A stretch of DNA of 27,404 bases, from positions 1 to 27,404 of IMG/VR virus record IMGVR_UViG_3300037308_000831. The stretch is one strand, 5' to 3'. Under the pieces are notes generated by a model. The model did not search any database. It worked only from the letters and a program-made list of their open reading frames with translations, and was not told the origin of the DNA. The stretch is from a virus. Taxonomy: Duplodnaviria > Caudoviricetes. The position numbers and the translations under genes are program-made. This document shows, one piece after another, positions 17,947 to 25,032 of this stretch (position 1 is its first letter; each line of letters opens with the position of its first letter).

Positions 17947-19235
17947 TGGGTCTCTCCTTCGACGAACCGCGGGCCGCCGACCGCATAGGTCCTTAACCCG
18001 TCGCAGGCGTGCGAGCTCCAGTCATGCTCGGGGGTGAGGCCGTAGATCCTGAGCTTCTCGTCCCATTCCCGGTGGTATGAGCGCAGCGCCAAAATCCCCT
18101 TCGCGCACTTGGTCTTGTCGACCCAGCAGGAGCGAAGCAGCACGCGGACCGCCTGGATCCCGTCCTGCAGGGTGAGCTTCGGTGCGACTTCGAAGCGGAC
18201 ACCCAGGCCCTCGGCGACCTCCTTCCGGCTTCGGCCGGTGCCGAGCTCGCGGACCTCGATGTCGTGCGGACCGATGTGCTTGCCGTAGGTGTAGGGTTTC
18301 CCCTGAAGGAGCTTCGCGTAGTGCTCAAGGCCCGCGCCGTGGCCCTCCTCGTAGTCGATCAGCCGGGTCTCCCGGCCGGCGCGCTGGATAAACCAGATCG
18401 CCATCGCGTCGTCGATCCCGAGATCCCAGGCCGTGTGCACCGGCAGCGCCGGATCCCAGGGGACGTTTGTGATGCGCCCTCCCTGGTCGAGCTCCTCGAT
18501 GATCCGGGCGTAGATCGCGCCCGAACGCGGAGAGGTCCAGCTGCAGTAGAACTCCTGCCGGGCGAGATCCTCCTCCATGCCGTCCCTGATCTCCGCCTCG
18601 TACTGCTCGCGGGTGATGATCGGCCGGCCGGCCTCGTCCCTGGTGTCGTCGATCGTGAGCAGCGAGGAAAACCAGGCCCCGGGGTTCTTCTGGGCGGTGT
18701 TCCAGAGCTCGAAGCCGTGGTTCATGCCGCGCGGGGTCATGTTGAAAATCGCCCAGCCGTTATTCTCCAGCAGGATCGGCCGGACCAGGTTCCAGGCGGT
18801 GGGGTCCTGGAGGGAATACTCGGAGAACACGCAGCCCCGCGGGTTGGGGCCGACGACCTCGGAGTGGTCGGTCCCGATAACGCGGATAATACTCCCGGTT
18901 GTGAGCTCCAAGCGCATCTCGGTGTCGCTTCGCTTGGCGACGAGCCCCTCCGGGACGTGGTGCAGGGTCTTGAAGCCAGTCTTGTCGATCCCCTCCCAGA
19001 GAATCTTCCTGCCCTGGTTGAGCTTTGGAAAATAATAGTAATAATTTCCGGTCTCTTTGACCGACCGCTTCACCATGTAGTTGAAGCAGACTTTGTCCTT
19101 GCCTGAGCGCCGGTGCCAGGTGATGACCGCCCGTTTGCAGCCGCGGTCCATCGCGGCCACAAGGGGAATCTGATACCTCCGCGGGCTGAAGTTATGCGGC
19201 AGCCGCCTGGAGTTGAGTTTCGTCGGCGTTGGCAT
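17904..19235 (-). CDS. terL: Terminase large subunit
   Basis: Adenine-binding PRRYQ, Walker A WHRRSGKD, Walker B VFSE, coupling motif TPRG, and RNase H-like nuclease WDLG...HACDGLR. Confidence 0.93.
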   Translation of the reverse strand: MPTPTKLNSRRLPHNFSPRRYQIPLVAAMDRGCKRAVITWHRRSGKDKVCFNYMVKRSVKETGNYYYYFPKLNQGRKILWEGIDKTGFKTLHHVPEGLVAKRSDTEMRLELTTGSIIRVIGTDHSEVVGPNPRGCVFSEYSLQDPTAWNLVRPILLENNGWAIFNMTPRGMNHGFELWNTAQKNPGAWFSSLLTIDDTRDEAGRPIITREQYEAEIRDGMEEDLARQEFYCSWTSPRSGAIYARIIEELDQGGRITNVPWDPALPVHTAWDLGIDDAMAIWFIQRAGRETRLIDYEEGHGAGLEHYAKLLQGKPYTYGKHIGPHDIEVRELGTGRSRKEVAEGLGVRFEVAPKLTLQDGIQAVRVLLRSCWVDKTKCAKGILALRSYHREWDEKLRIYGLTPEHDWSSHACDGLRTYAVGGPRFVEGETQWTPKESSRSWMAA

Positions 19236-19665
19236 AGTCCACGATTTCCCAGACCACGTTTCCGGACAGCTCGGTCTTCTGCTTGTTCGACCACTCCTCC
19301 GGCAGTCGGTTGGTCAGCCAGAACTTGGCCGCTTCGGTGTCCGGCGGGTAATACTTGACCGTGTGAACAATGACGGGCTTCCCGTTGTGGATGAAAACCT
19401 TCTCGTCGGGATGAGAATAGCCGCAGGCCCTTCGAAAGAGCGAGACGACGACCCTGTGGTCGGCGACCCGTTTGGACTCCTGCAGATGCTTTTGCACCTC
19501 CGGATCCTTCTGCCAGTTGTAGACCGTCTTGACGGCGACATCGCAGGCAAGTGCGAGCTGCTCGACGGAAAGTCCCTCTTCTGCGAGCTTGAAGAGCTTG
19601 CTTCTTTGCTTCGCCGTCAGCTTGCTCGGCCTGCCCGCCTTCTTTTGCTGCTTCTTCGCTTCCAT
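19192..19665 (-). CDS. terS: Terminase small subunit (157 aa)
   Basis: 'GRPSKL', HTH 'VKTVYNW', 'SLFRRACGY' and 'YPPDTEAAKFWLTNR.PEEW' signature. Start reassigned to ATG 19665. Confidence 0.85.
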   Translation of the reverse strand: MEAKKQQKKAGRPSKLTAKQRSKLFKLAEEGLSVEQLALACDVAVKTVYNWQKDPEVQKHLQESKRVADHRVVVSLFRRACGYSHPDEKVFIHNGKPVIVHTVKYYPPDTEAAKFWLTNRLPEEWSNKQKTELSGNVVWEIVDYANADETQLQAAAA

Positions 19666-19799
19666 CACGCCCTGTGTGCAGAGCCGGCGGGGGACGCCCT
19701 CTTCTGCGGCCCTTGCCTGAACGACCCCCACCGGCAGCTGCGGGAGGACGGCCGGGCTGGGAGGCACTTGGGAGGTGTGAGCCCGGCCGCAATTGGCCT

Positions 19800-20021
19800 C
19801 TATTTTCGCATGGAAGCCGCGCATCCCGTCAAGCCGCCCGCGCGCCCATGCGCCGGCGCACCGGCAGCATCCTCCTCGATCTCAACTTCGTCGATCGTCT
19901 CCGTGGTGGTCCAAATAAGCCCGCAGGACAGGCAGCGGCGGATCCGCTGGTCGGCGTTGGTATTGACGGGCAGTTTCCGGATCATGGAGTTTTTTTCATT
20001 TCCGCATGTCGGGCAAAGCAC
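19800..20021 (-). CDS. Small Zn-ribbon protein (NrdR-N / Ogr-Delta-like), putative transcriptional regulator
   Basis: CPTC...RIRRCLSC...WTTTE motif. Probable GTG start at 20021 behind AAGGGGG. Confidence 0.65.
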   Translation of the reverse strand: MLCPTCGNEKNSMIRKLPVNTNADQRIRRCLSCGLIWTTTETIDEVEIEEDAAGAPAHGRAGGLTGCAASMRK

Positions 20022-20379
20022 GTCGATCCCCCCTTTCTGCGAGCTCAAGGCTTGGCATGGTTTCAGACCTGGCCTGGGTGAAGAGGAATCGGTCCTGGAC
20101 GCCCAAGGACTCGATCACGTCCTCCACCGAGCGGGCGACGAAGCCGATCCCGCCGTGCCGGCGGATGGCCTCAAGGAAGCGCTCCTGCTCCTGGGAGATC
20201 CTGCCGCCGGGCCGCTTGACCTCGATGGCGACAAAGCGGCCCTTCCAGCAGCCGAGAATGTCGGCGATTCCCTTCGGGCTCGACATGGGGCCGCTCCAGT
20301 TCTTCCAGGCGAACACCCCCAGGGATTTAAGAAGCGCTCTGATCGCGCTGGTGATTTCAGCTTCGGTCGGCGGTTTCAT
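19996..20379 (-). CDS. VRR-NUC domain nuclease
   Basis: 'E.EI...I', 'GIADI', 'FVAIEVKRPGGRISQEQ..F' and 'VARSVEDV' signature. Confidence 0.88.
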   Translation of the reverse strand: MKPPTEAEITSAIRALLKSLGVFAWKNWSGPMSSPKGIADILGCWKGRFVAIEVKRPGGRISQEQERFLEAIRRHGGIGFVARSVEDVIESLGVQDRFLFTQARSETMPSLELAERGDRRALPDMRK

Positions 20380-20741
20380 TTTGCCTCCAGTCTCACGGGG
20401 TCGCGCCCGGGCGCCGAGAATTCGACCGAATCGATGCCGCTGCCCTTCTTCGGCCGCAGCTTCTCAACGGCGTCGAAGAGTCCGAGCTGCTTGTTGTCAA
20501 TTATGGCGAAATCCTCGTCCCGAATCGTCGACTTGTGAAACGAGACCCGGGCCTTGACCTCGTAGCGGCCGGCGCCGGCCTCCTTGATCTGCGCCGCGAT
20601 GGAGAGCTTGACCTTGCGCTTTCCGGTCTCCTCGTCGGCGCTGTCCTCGAAGGCCTCTGTGATTTCTGCGGAATTGCTGTTGATCAAGCGGCGAACCTGG
20701 TCTGCGAGGTAGTCGACATGCTGTTGCTTAAGCTCGTTCAT
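20376..20741 (-). CDS. Hypothetical protein (121 aa) with QLGLF motif
   Basis: Strong SD (AAAGGAG); the stop overlaps the VRR-NUC start by 4 nt. Confidence 0.65.
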   Translation of the reverse strand: MNELKQQHVDYLADQVRRLINSNSAEITEAFEDSADEETGKRKVKLSIAAQIKEAGAGRYEVKARVSFHKSTIRDEDFAIIDNKQLGLFDAVEKLRPKKGSGIDSVEFSAPGRDPVRLEAK

Positions 20742-20767
20742 TGGGTGGTCTCCTTTCGATCCTGGGG

Positions 20768-21313
20768 TTAGTCCCGGTAGGGAAGATACTCTGTGGGTCG
20801 GGCTGCAGGCTTAATCGGAGCTGGGCTTGTTTCCGGCTCGGGCTGATGGGCGGCGGGGTACTTCTCGATCTCGAAGCCCTGGGTCTTGGCCTCAAGAGGC
20901 CAGGCGGATGGGATTGCCTCGCCGAGCACTCCGAACCAGTTGCGGCAGGCGCCGCAGCGGAAGGTGTAGAGGTAGGACACTGAAACGCCGGGTTTGACCG
21001 CAACACGCTTAATGCCTGTAAAAAACCCGACGCCGTTGCAGTATTCGCAGAAGGTTCCGGCCGGCCGAGCTGAGTGCTTTTTCTCGTGGCGCCAGGTCTC
21101 GTAGACCTCCTTGACAGCCTTCGGGAAGTTGAGCGGCCACCTGGCCCAGCTGTTGACGGCGATCTGCTCCATGCCTCGGTAGGCGTCTGCGGGGATGTGG
21201 TTCAGATACTCGAAAGCGGCGTCGATGCGGGGGCCGTATTTCTCCCAATCCAGATCGAACATCTGAAGCAGCCTTGCGCAGAATCGTTTGAAGCTTTGAA
21301 GTCGGTCGTCCAT
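20768..21313 (-). CDS. Zn-finger protein following the replication initiator (putative helicase loader/partner)
   Basis: Helical N-terminus plus CEYCNGVG...FRCGAC; occupies the lambda-P-like position. Confidence 0.55.
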   Translation of the reverse strand: MDDRLQSFKRFCARLLQMFDLDWEKYGPRIDAAFEYLNHIPADAYRGMEQIAVNSWARWPLNFPKAVKEVYETWRHEKKHSARPAGTFCEYCNGVGFFTGIKRVAVKPGVSVSYLYTFRCGACRNWFGVLGEAIPSAWPLEAKTQGFEIEKYPAAHQPEPETSPAPIKPAARPTEYLPYRD

Positions 21314-21317
21314 CGGC

Positions 21318-22094
21318 TCAATCCCAGGGTTTCAGGAGCTCGGCCGGCGGGCTCTTGCGGTCGGCTCTGGATCCGAAGCGCTTTTCGTTCCGGACCCAGG
21401 TCCGCCAAGCCGCCGTCCAGTCGAGCATGGTTGATCCTTTGGCGCGGTGGTGATCGCAGAAGTGTGCGAATACGGACTCGACCCGCGTTCCGTTGATGCC
21501 CTGCCCTTCGGCGTAGGCTTTCAGTTCGTCGCTGAGGGAAAAATCGATCGGGAGCTGCCGGCGTCTTTTTTCCGGCTTTTCATTTCGCGGGATGGGATCC
21601 TGGGCGGAGGGTGGGTCGCTTAGTCGACCCACCCCCTTGTCTTTAGAATTGTCTTTAAAATTGTCTTTAACATAAAGTTCAACACGCTTTTCCGTGTTGA
21701 GACGACACGCTTTTCCGTTTTGTTTCAACACGGTTTTCCGTGTCAACACGCTTTTCCGTGTTGTCCTCCAGAGCCGGTAACGCTTTTGGATTCCCAATGT
21801 TGTCAAACAGTTTGCAGACAGATCAACACGGTTTTTCGTGTTGGTGATCATGTTCGCATCGGTCAGCCAGCGCAGCGCCTCATAGACTCTCTGCTGGCTC
21901 GTTTTGAGCCGCTGAGCGATTTTGTGCTGGGTCGTCTCGAACGTCTTGCGGTTGTATCCGTAGGTCATGCGCAGGATGTAGTCGAAAACCCTTCGGACCT
22001 CGCCGGGGATCCGCACGTCGAGCAGGGCGTCGAACAGCTCGTTGGCTATCCGGACGAAACCATCACCCGTCTGCGGACTTCCCTGCATATCCAT
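21318..22094 (-). CDS. Replication initiator, lambda O-like N-terminal domain
   Basis: 'GFVRIANELFDAL...ILRMTYGYNRK' wHTH, internal iterons, and C-terminal 'F.DHH...DWTAAWRTWVRN' domain. Confidence 0.85.
   Translation of the reverse strand: MDMQGSPQTGDGFVRIANELFDALLDVRIPGEVRRVFDYILRMTYGYNRKTFETTQHKIAQRLKTSQQRVYEALRWLTDANMITNTKNRVDLSANCLTTLGIQKRYRLWRTTRKSVLTRKTVLKQNGKACRLNTEKRVELYVKDNFKDNSKDKGVGRLSDPPSAQDPIPRNEKPEKRRRQLPIDFSLSDELKAYAEGQGINGTRVESVFAHFCDHHRAKGSTMLDWTAAWRTWVRNEKRFGSRADRKSPPAELLKPWD
21638..21843. repeat. Phage replication origin: five palindromic 20-bp iterons plus AT-rich TTGTCTTTA x3 unwinding element
   Basis: CAACACG(C/G)TTTT(C/T)CGTGTTG-type copies start at 21680, 21703, 21726, 21744 and 21824. 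An AT-rich triple repeat lies at 21638-21670. Confidence 0.85.
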
Positions 22095-22158
22095 AAGCTG
22101 GACGGCGCGATCGTATTACCTCGGTAATCCCCTGCTCTCTCAGTGAATTACGAAAAAT

Positions 22159-22368
22159 TTACTGACAAACAATCGCGAACCTGCTATCTTCCAAGCGCGT
22201 GTGATCAACCAGGGAGGGGTTGACCATAACGCTCGGGAGAGACAGGAGGAGGCACGTTCGTAAGATTTGGGATTTCGGGCGATCGATCTGTTTTGCGGCC
22301 AGATCGAGCCACTCCGAAAACTGCTCACACACCTTGAAGTTTAGGACCACCTCTTTTTTCCCCGCCAC
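22159..22368 (-). CDS. Small ribbon-helix-helix-like regulator in the CII position (69 aa)
   Basis: 'VVLNFKV...WLDLAAKQIDRPKSQILR' RHH pattern; GTG start behind a GGGAGGTG SD. Confidence 0.65.
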   Translation of the reverse strand: MAGKKEVVLNFKVCEQFSEWLDLAAKQIDRPKSQILRTCLLLSLPSVMVNPSLVDHTRLEDSRFAIVCQ

Positions 22369-22391
22369 ATTGTCACCTCCCTTTCGCGTTT

Positions 22392-22619
22392 TCAGTTGAG
22401 AAACTCTCGTTCTCTGAGATCAATGATTTCGGCCCAGGGATCGCCATACTCGTCGGGATAAAGAAACCTCAAGCGGTCGACGCCTGTGGTCAGTTCCAGC
22501 TTCTTCGCGGTCCTGGTGGAAGTGCTGCCCCTTCTGCGGGCCTTGTCCAGGGTGTCACGGTTGACGCCGATTTGTTTGGCGAGAGCGCTCACGCGCCACT
22601 TTTTGAACTTGGCTTCCAT
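22392..22619 (-). CDS. Cro-like HTH regulator (75 aa)
   Basis: 'VSALAKQIGVNRDTL...AKKLE..TGV.RLRFLYP' HTH, divergent from the repressor. Start reassigned to ATG 22619. Confidence 0.75.
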   Translation of the reverse strand: MEAKFKKWRVSALAKQIGVNRDTLDKARRRGSTSTRTAKKLELTTGVDRLRFLYPDEYGDPWAEIIDLREREFLN

Positions 22620-22625
22620 GCAGAA

Positions 22626-22654
22626 AGCGTAAAGGAAGAGTGTAGAAATGTCAA
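22626..22654 (-). promoter_or_regulatory. Sigma70-type lytic (PR-like) promoter for cro
   Basis: Minus strand TTGACA (22654-22649), 17-nt spacer, TACGCT (22631-22626), then 6 nt to the ATG. Confidence 0.7.
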
Positions 22655-23118
22655 GAAATGATTTCGGCAATATTCCGGAAGGAGATTTCGGAAAGCGGCT
22701 GAGAGCGGCGGTCGACGCCGCCGGCCTCAGCGTGGACCGCTTTGCCAAGTCCCTGGGTGTTCATCGCGACACCCCCCAAAAGTGGTTTTCCGGCCAGAGC
22801 TTTCCCCAGCGCAAATATCACCACCTCATCGCCAAGATATTGAAGGTTCCGGTTGAGGAGCTGTTTGCGAGCGGAGCCTATTCCGTAGCCCAGCCACAGC
22901 CGGACAAAGTTTCCGAAGAATCTGAACTTTTGAATACTTACAGAGAGTTAAACATCTTGAGGAAGGAGCTTCAAACCTCCAGGGACAAGATACACGAGCT
23001 TGAAGTTGTGCTTAAAATCTACCAGTCCAGACACGCCAGAGATAAGCGCAAGGAGGACCGAGACGATCTTAATCCGCTTGCTCTCAGGAGACCGGTCGAA
23101 ATCAGCAACCATGCATGA
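22648..23118 (+). CDS. CI-like XRE repressor without S24 peptidase domain (156 aa)
   Basis: 'FGKRLRAA...GLSVDRFAKSLGVHRDT..KWFSG..FP...IAKILKVPVEELF' XRE HTH plus a C-terminal coiled coil; divergent from cro. Confidence 0.8.
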   Translation: MSRNDFGNIPEGDFGKRLRAAVDAAGLSVDRFAKSLGVHRDTPQKWFSGQSFPQRKYHHLIAKILKVPVEELFASGAYSVAQPQPDKVSEESELLNTYRELNILRKELQTSRDKIHELEVVLKIYQSRHARDKRKEDRDDLNPLALRRPVEISNHA

Positions 23119-23193
23119 AGCCTAAGCGGCCTTTCTCAAAAACCTATCATAAACCCTACCCTCTCCACCCTCATTCTTTCCGATTCCGTATCA

Positions 23194-23238
23194 TGTAGAA
23201 ATAAATTCGTTGACAATTGCCGAAATTATTTCTACACT
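23194..23238 (+). promoter_or_regulatory. Sigma70-type early (PL-like) promoter with flanking operator inverted repeat
   Basis: TTGACA (23210-23215), 17 nt, TACACT (23233-23238). Inverted repeat tgtagaaataaattcg (23194-23209) / cgaaattatttctaca (23221-23236) has 1 mismatch. Confidence 0.75.
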
Positions 23239-23479
23239 ATTACCATCGAGCTTGAAAGCTGCCCTTCCCGCATAGCGGCTGCGGCGGCGAGTAGGGCTTC
23301 CGGCGGGCAAGCGACGACGAGCCGCTGAATCGGCGGCCCCAGCTGTGAGCCCCGCCGCTCTCGGTGCGACGGACCAGGCTTCTTGCCGCAACGTCCTCGC
23401 CAGGCAGAGCAACCAGATCCAGCAAGGCATTTTAGCATCAACAGGAGAGGTGCGCCCTTGCGCACCCGGGGAGGCCGGC

Positions 23480-23740
23480 ATGAGAATCCTCGAAGCCCTC
23501 GTCTTGCTTACCGCCGCGGCGATCCTCTTCGTCCTCGCCATTATCGTCGCAAGCGCCATCACCCAGGCCGAGCCGAATCTCCTCTACACCGTCTTCGGCG
23601 CGGTCGTCGGCTTCCTCACCGCGGCCTCGATCTACCAAAGCACAATCGACCAAGAGCGCGCGCGGCACAACGCCGAGATGGATTGGGCCGAGGAGAACAT
23701 GAAGAAGATGCGACTGCTCTTCAACGGCCAGGACAAGTGA
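23480..23740 (+). CDS. Small two-TM membrane protein (86 aa)
   Basis: GGGAGG SD before ATG 23480 (in-frame GTG 23450 is an alternative); two hydrophobic helices; first gene of the early operon. Confidence 0.65.
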   Translation: MRILEALVLLTAAAILFVLAIIVASAITQAEPNLLYTVFGAVVGFLTAASIYQSTIDQERARHNAEMDWAEENMKKMRLLFNGQDK

Positions 23741-23743
23741 TCC

Positions 23744-24313
23744 ATGAAGATTTTGAGCGTCACGGAGGTCCTGCGGCCGTTTACCGATTTTTCCAATGTC
23801 CCGCAGAAAACCCTCGAAGAAGCAGCAGCCCGCGGCCGGCGGGTCCACGCGGCAGCCGCCGCCCGTCTCTCCGACGTGTTCCAGGTGACCCCGCTTGAGC
23901 CCGGCGACGAGGGCTATCTGCAGTCGCTTGAGACCTGGATCGAGGAAATGGTCCGGGACGTGATCGACGTGGAGCCCGAACTCGTCGACGAGACCCTGGG
24001 CTACAAGGGGCACCCGGACTTGATCTGCCGGCTTGTTTCCGGCGCCGGCGCCGTCGTCGACTACAAAACCCCGGCCGTCGAATCACCGACCTGGAAGTCG
24101 CAGATCGCAGCCTACCGGCACCTATCGTCAAAATCCTACCGACACCTGGGGCACATGCTGCGCCCGCTTGCCGTCGCGCTCATGCTGCGGCCGGACGGCG
24201 GCATGCCGAAAGCCGTGATCTACCCGTCGAGCGACCGGGACTTCCAGGCGTTTCTCGCAGCATTGACGGCATATCGTTACTTCCACCCATGCAAGGAGGC
24301 AGACCATGATTGA
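23744..24313 (+). CDS. PD-(D/E)XK exonuclease-like protein (189 aa)
   Basis: 'SVTEVL', 'RGRRVH', 'YKGHPDLI', 'VVDYKT' and 'QIAAY' motifs. Confidence 0.8.
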   Translation: MKILSVTEVLRPFTDFSNVPQKTLEEAAARGRRVHAAAAARLSDVFQVTPLEPGDEGYLQSLETWIEEMVRDVIDVEPELVDETLGYKGHPDLICRLVSGAGAVVDYKTPAVESPTWKSQIAAYRHLSSKSYRHLGHMLRPLAVALMLRPDGGMPKAVIYPSSDRDFQAFLAALTAYRYFHPCKEADHD

Positions 24314-25016
24314 TTTTTCGGCGGCATTGAACCCTGCGGCGGAAACCGAACACCACGAACCAACGTTTGAGCGCGGCGTCACTCCGCTCGACCGCGCCAA
24401 GCACGTGCTCATGCAGTTTCGCAGCGCCATCCAGGCGATGAACGCGGAGGCAATCGAGTTGAATGTCCAAGATGATGATAGCGAGCGGCGCGGCGCCGAA
24501 ATGACCGCCCAGGCCCGGGGGCTGCAGAAACAGATCGAGGAGAAGCAGAAGCAAATCATCGAGGAGCCGCAGCGCTTCGTCAAGGCGGTCCAGAACTTCA
24601 CCCTGCCCTTCCGCAAGGATCTCGATGCGATCATCGCCCAGGTGAAGCGCAAGCTCGAAGCCTACGGATACCGGAAGGAGCTCGCCCGGCGCGAGGCTGA
24701 GAAGCGCGCCCAGGAGGAGGCCGCCCGGATACAGAAGGAAATGGACCGCCGTGCGAAGAAAGCCGGCATCGAGCCGGTGACCATCCTCACCCCGGTTCTT
24801 CCAGACAAGCGCGAGCCGGTCCGGACCGAGAGCGGAACGACGAGCTACATCAGCGTGTGGGACTACGAGATCGAGGATGTCTCCAGGATCCCCGCCCGCT
24901 ACTTGTTGCCGGACCCCACCAACCGCGCCGCCGTCATGGAGTCGATCCGCGCCGGCGTGAGGGAGATCCCCGGCCTCCGGATCTTTGAACGCATGCAGGC
25001 CCGCACCCGGGCATAG
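24306..25016 (+). CDS. Coiled-coil phage protein of the recombination module (Gam/Gp157-like architecture)
   Basis: Long coiled coil followed by 'WDYEIED...IP..YL.PD...IRAGVREIPGLRIFE'; strong AAGGAGG SD; lies between the nuclease and Bet. Confidence 0.6.
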   Translation: MIDFSAALNPAAETEHHEPTFERGVTPLDRAKHVLMQFRSAIQAMNAEAIELNVQDDDSERRGAEMTAQARGLQKQIEEKQKQIIEEPQRFVKAVQNFTLPFRKDLDAIIAQVKRKLEAYGYRKELARREAEKRAQEEAARIQKEMDRRAKKAGIEPVTILTPVLPDKREPVRTESGTTSYISVWDYEIEDVSRIPARYLLPDPTNRAAVMESIRAGVREIPGLRIFERMQARTRA

Positions 25017-25032
25017 GAAAGGAGAGCAGAAC

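Noticed and set aside
18815-18835. TerL Walker B reading VFSE rather than hhDE as a sign of inactivation
   Set aside because: The catalytic Glu and all other motifs are intact, and I recall SE as a recurring variant in this terminase group.
7952-20538. Other long plus-strand ORFs (7952-9022, 9009-10466, 12064-13077, 15829-17370, 18264-19106, 19213-20538)
   Set aside because: They overlap well-supported minus-strand phage genes and have the Arg/Gly/Leu-rich composition typical of non-coding frames in GC-rich DNA.
21680-21843. Palindromic 20-bp repeats as a mini CRISPR array
   Set aside because: Spacing is 0-3 bp or irregular, the repeats lie inside the initiator ORF, and there are no cas genes. 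They fit iterons.
22620-22748. N-terminal extension of Cro in the ORF track (similar extensions for TerS, capsid, Bet, integrase and 13014-13487)
   Set aside because: The extensions overlap neighbouring genes or promoters; downstream starts have better SD or promoter context and match domain boundaries.
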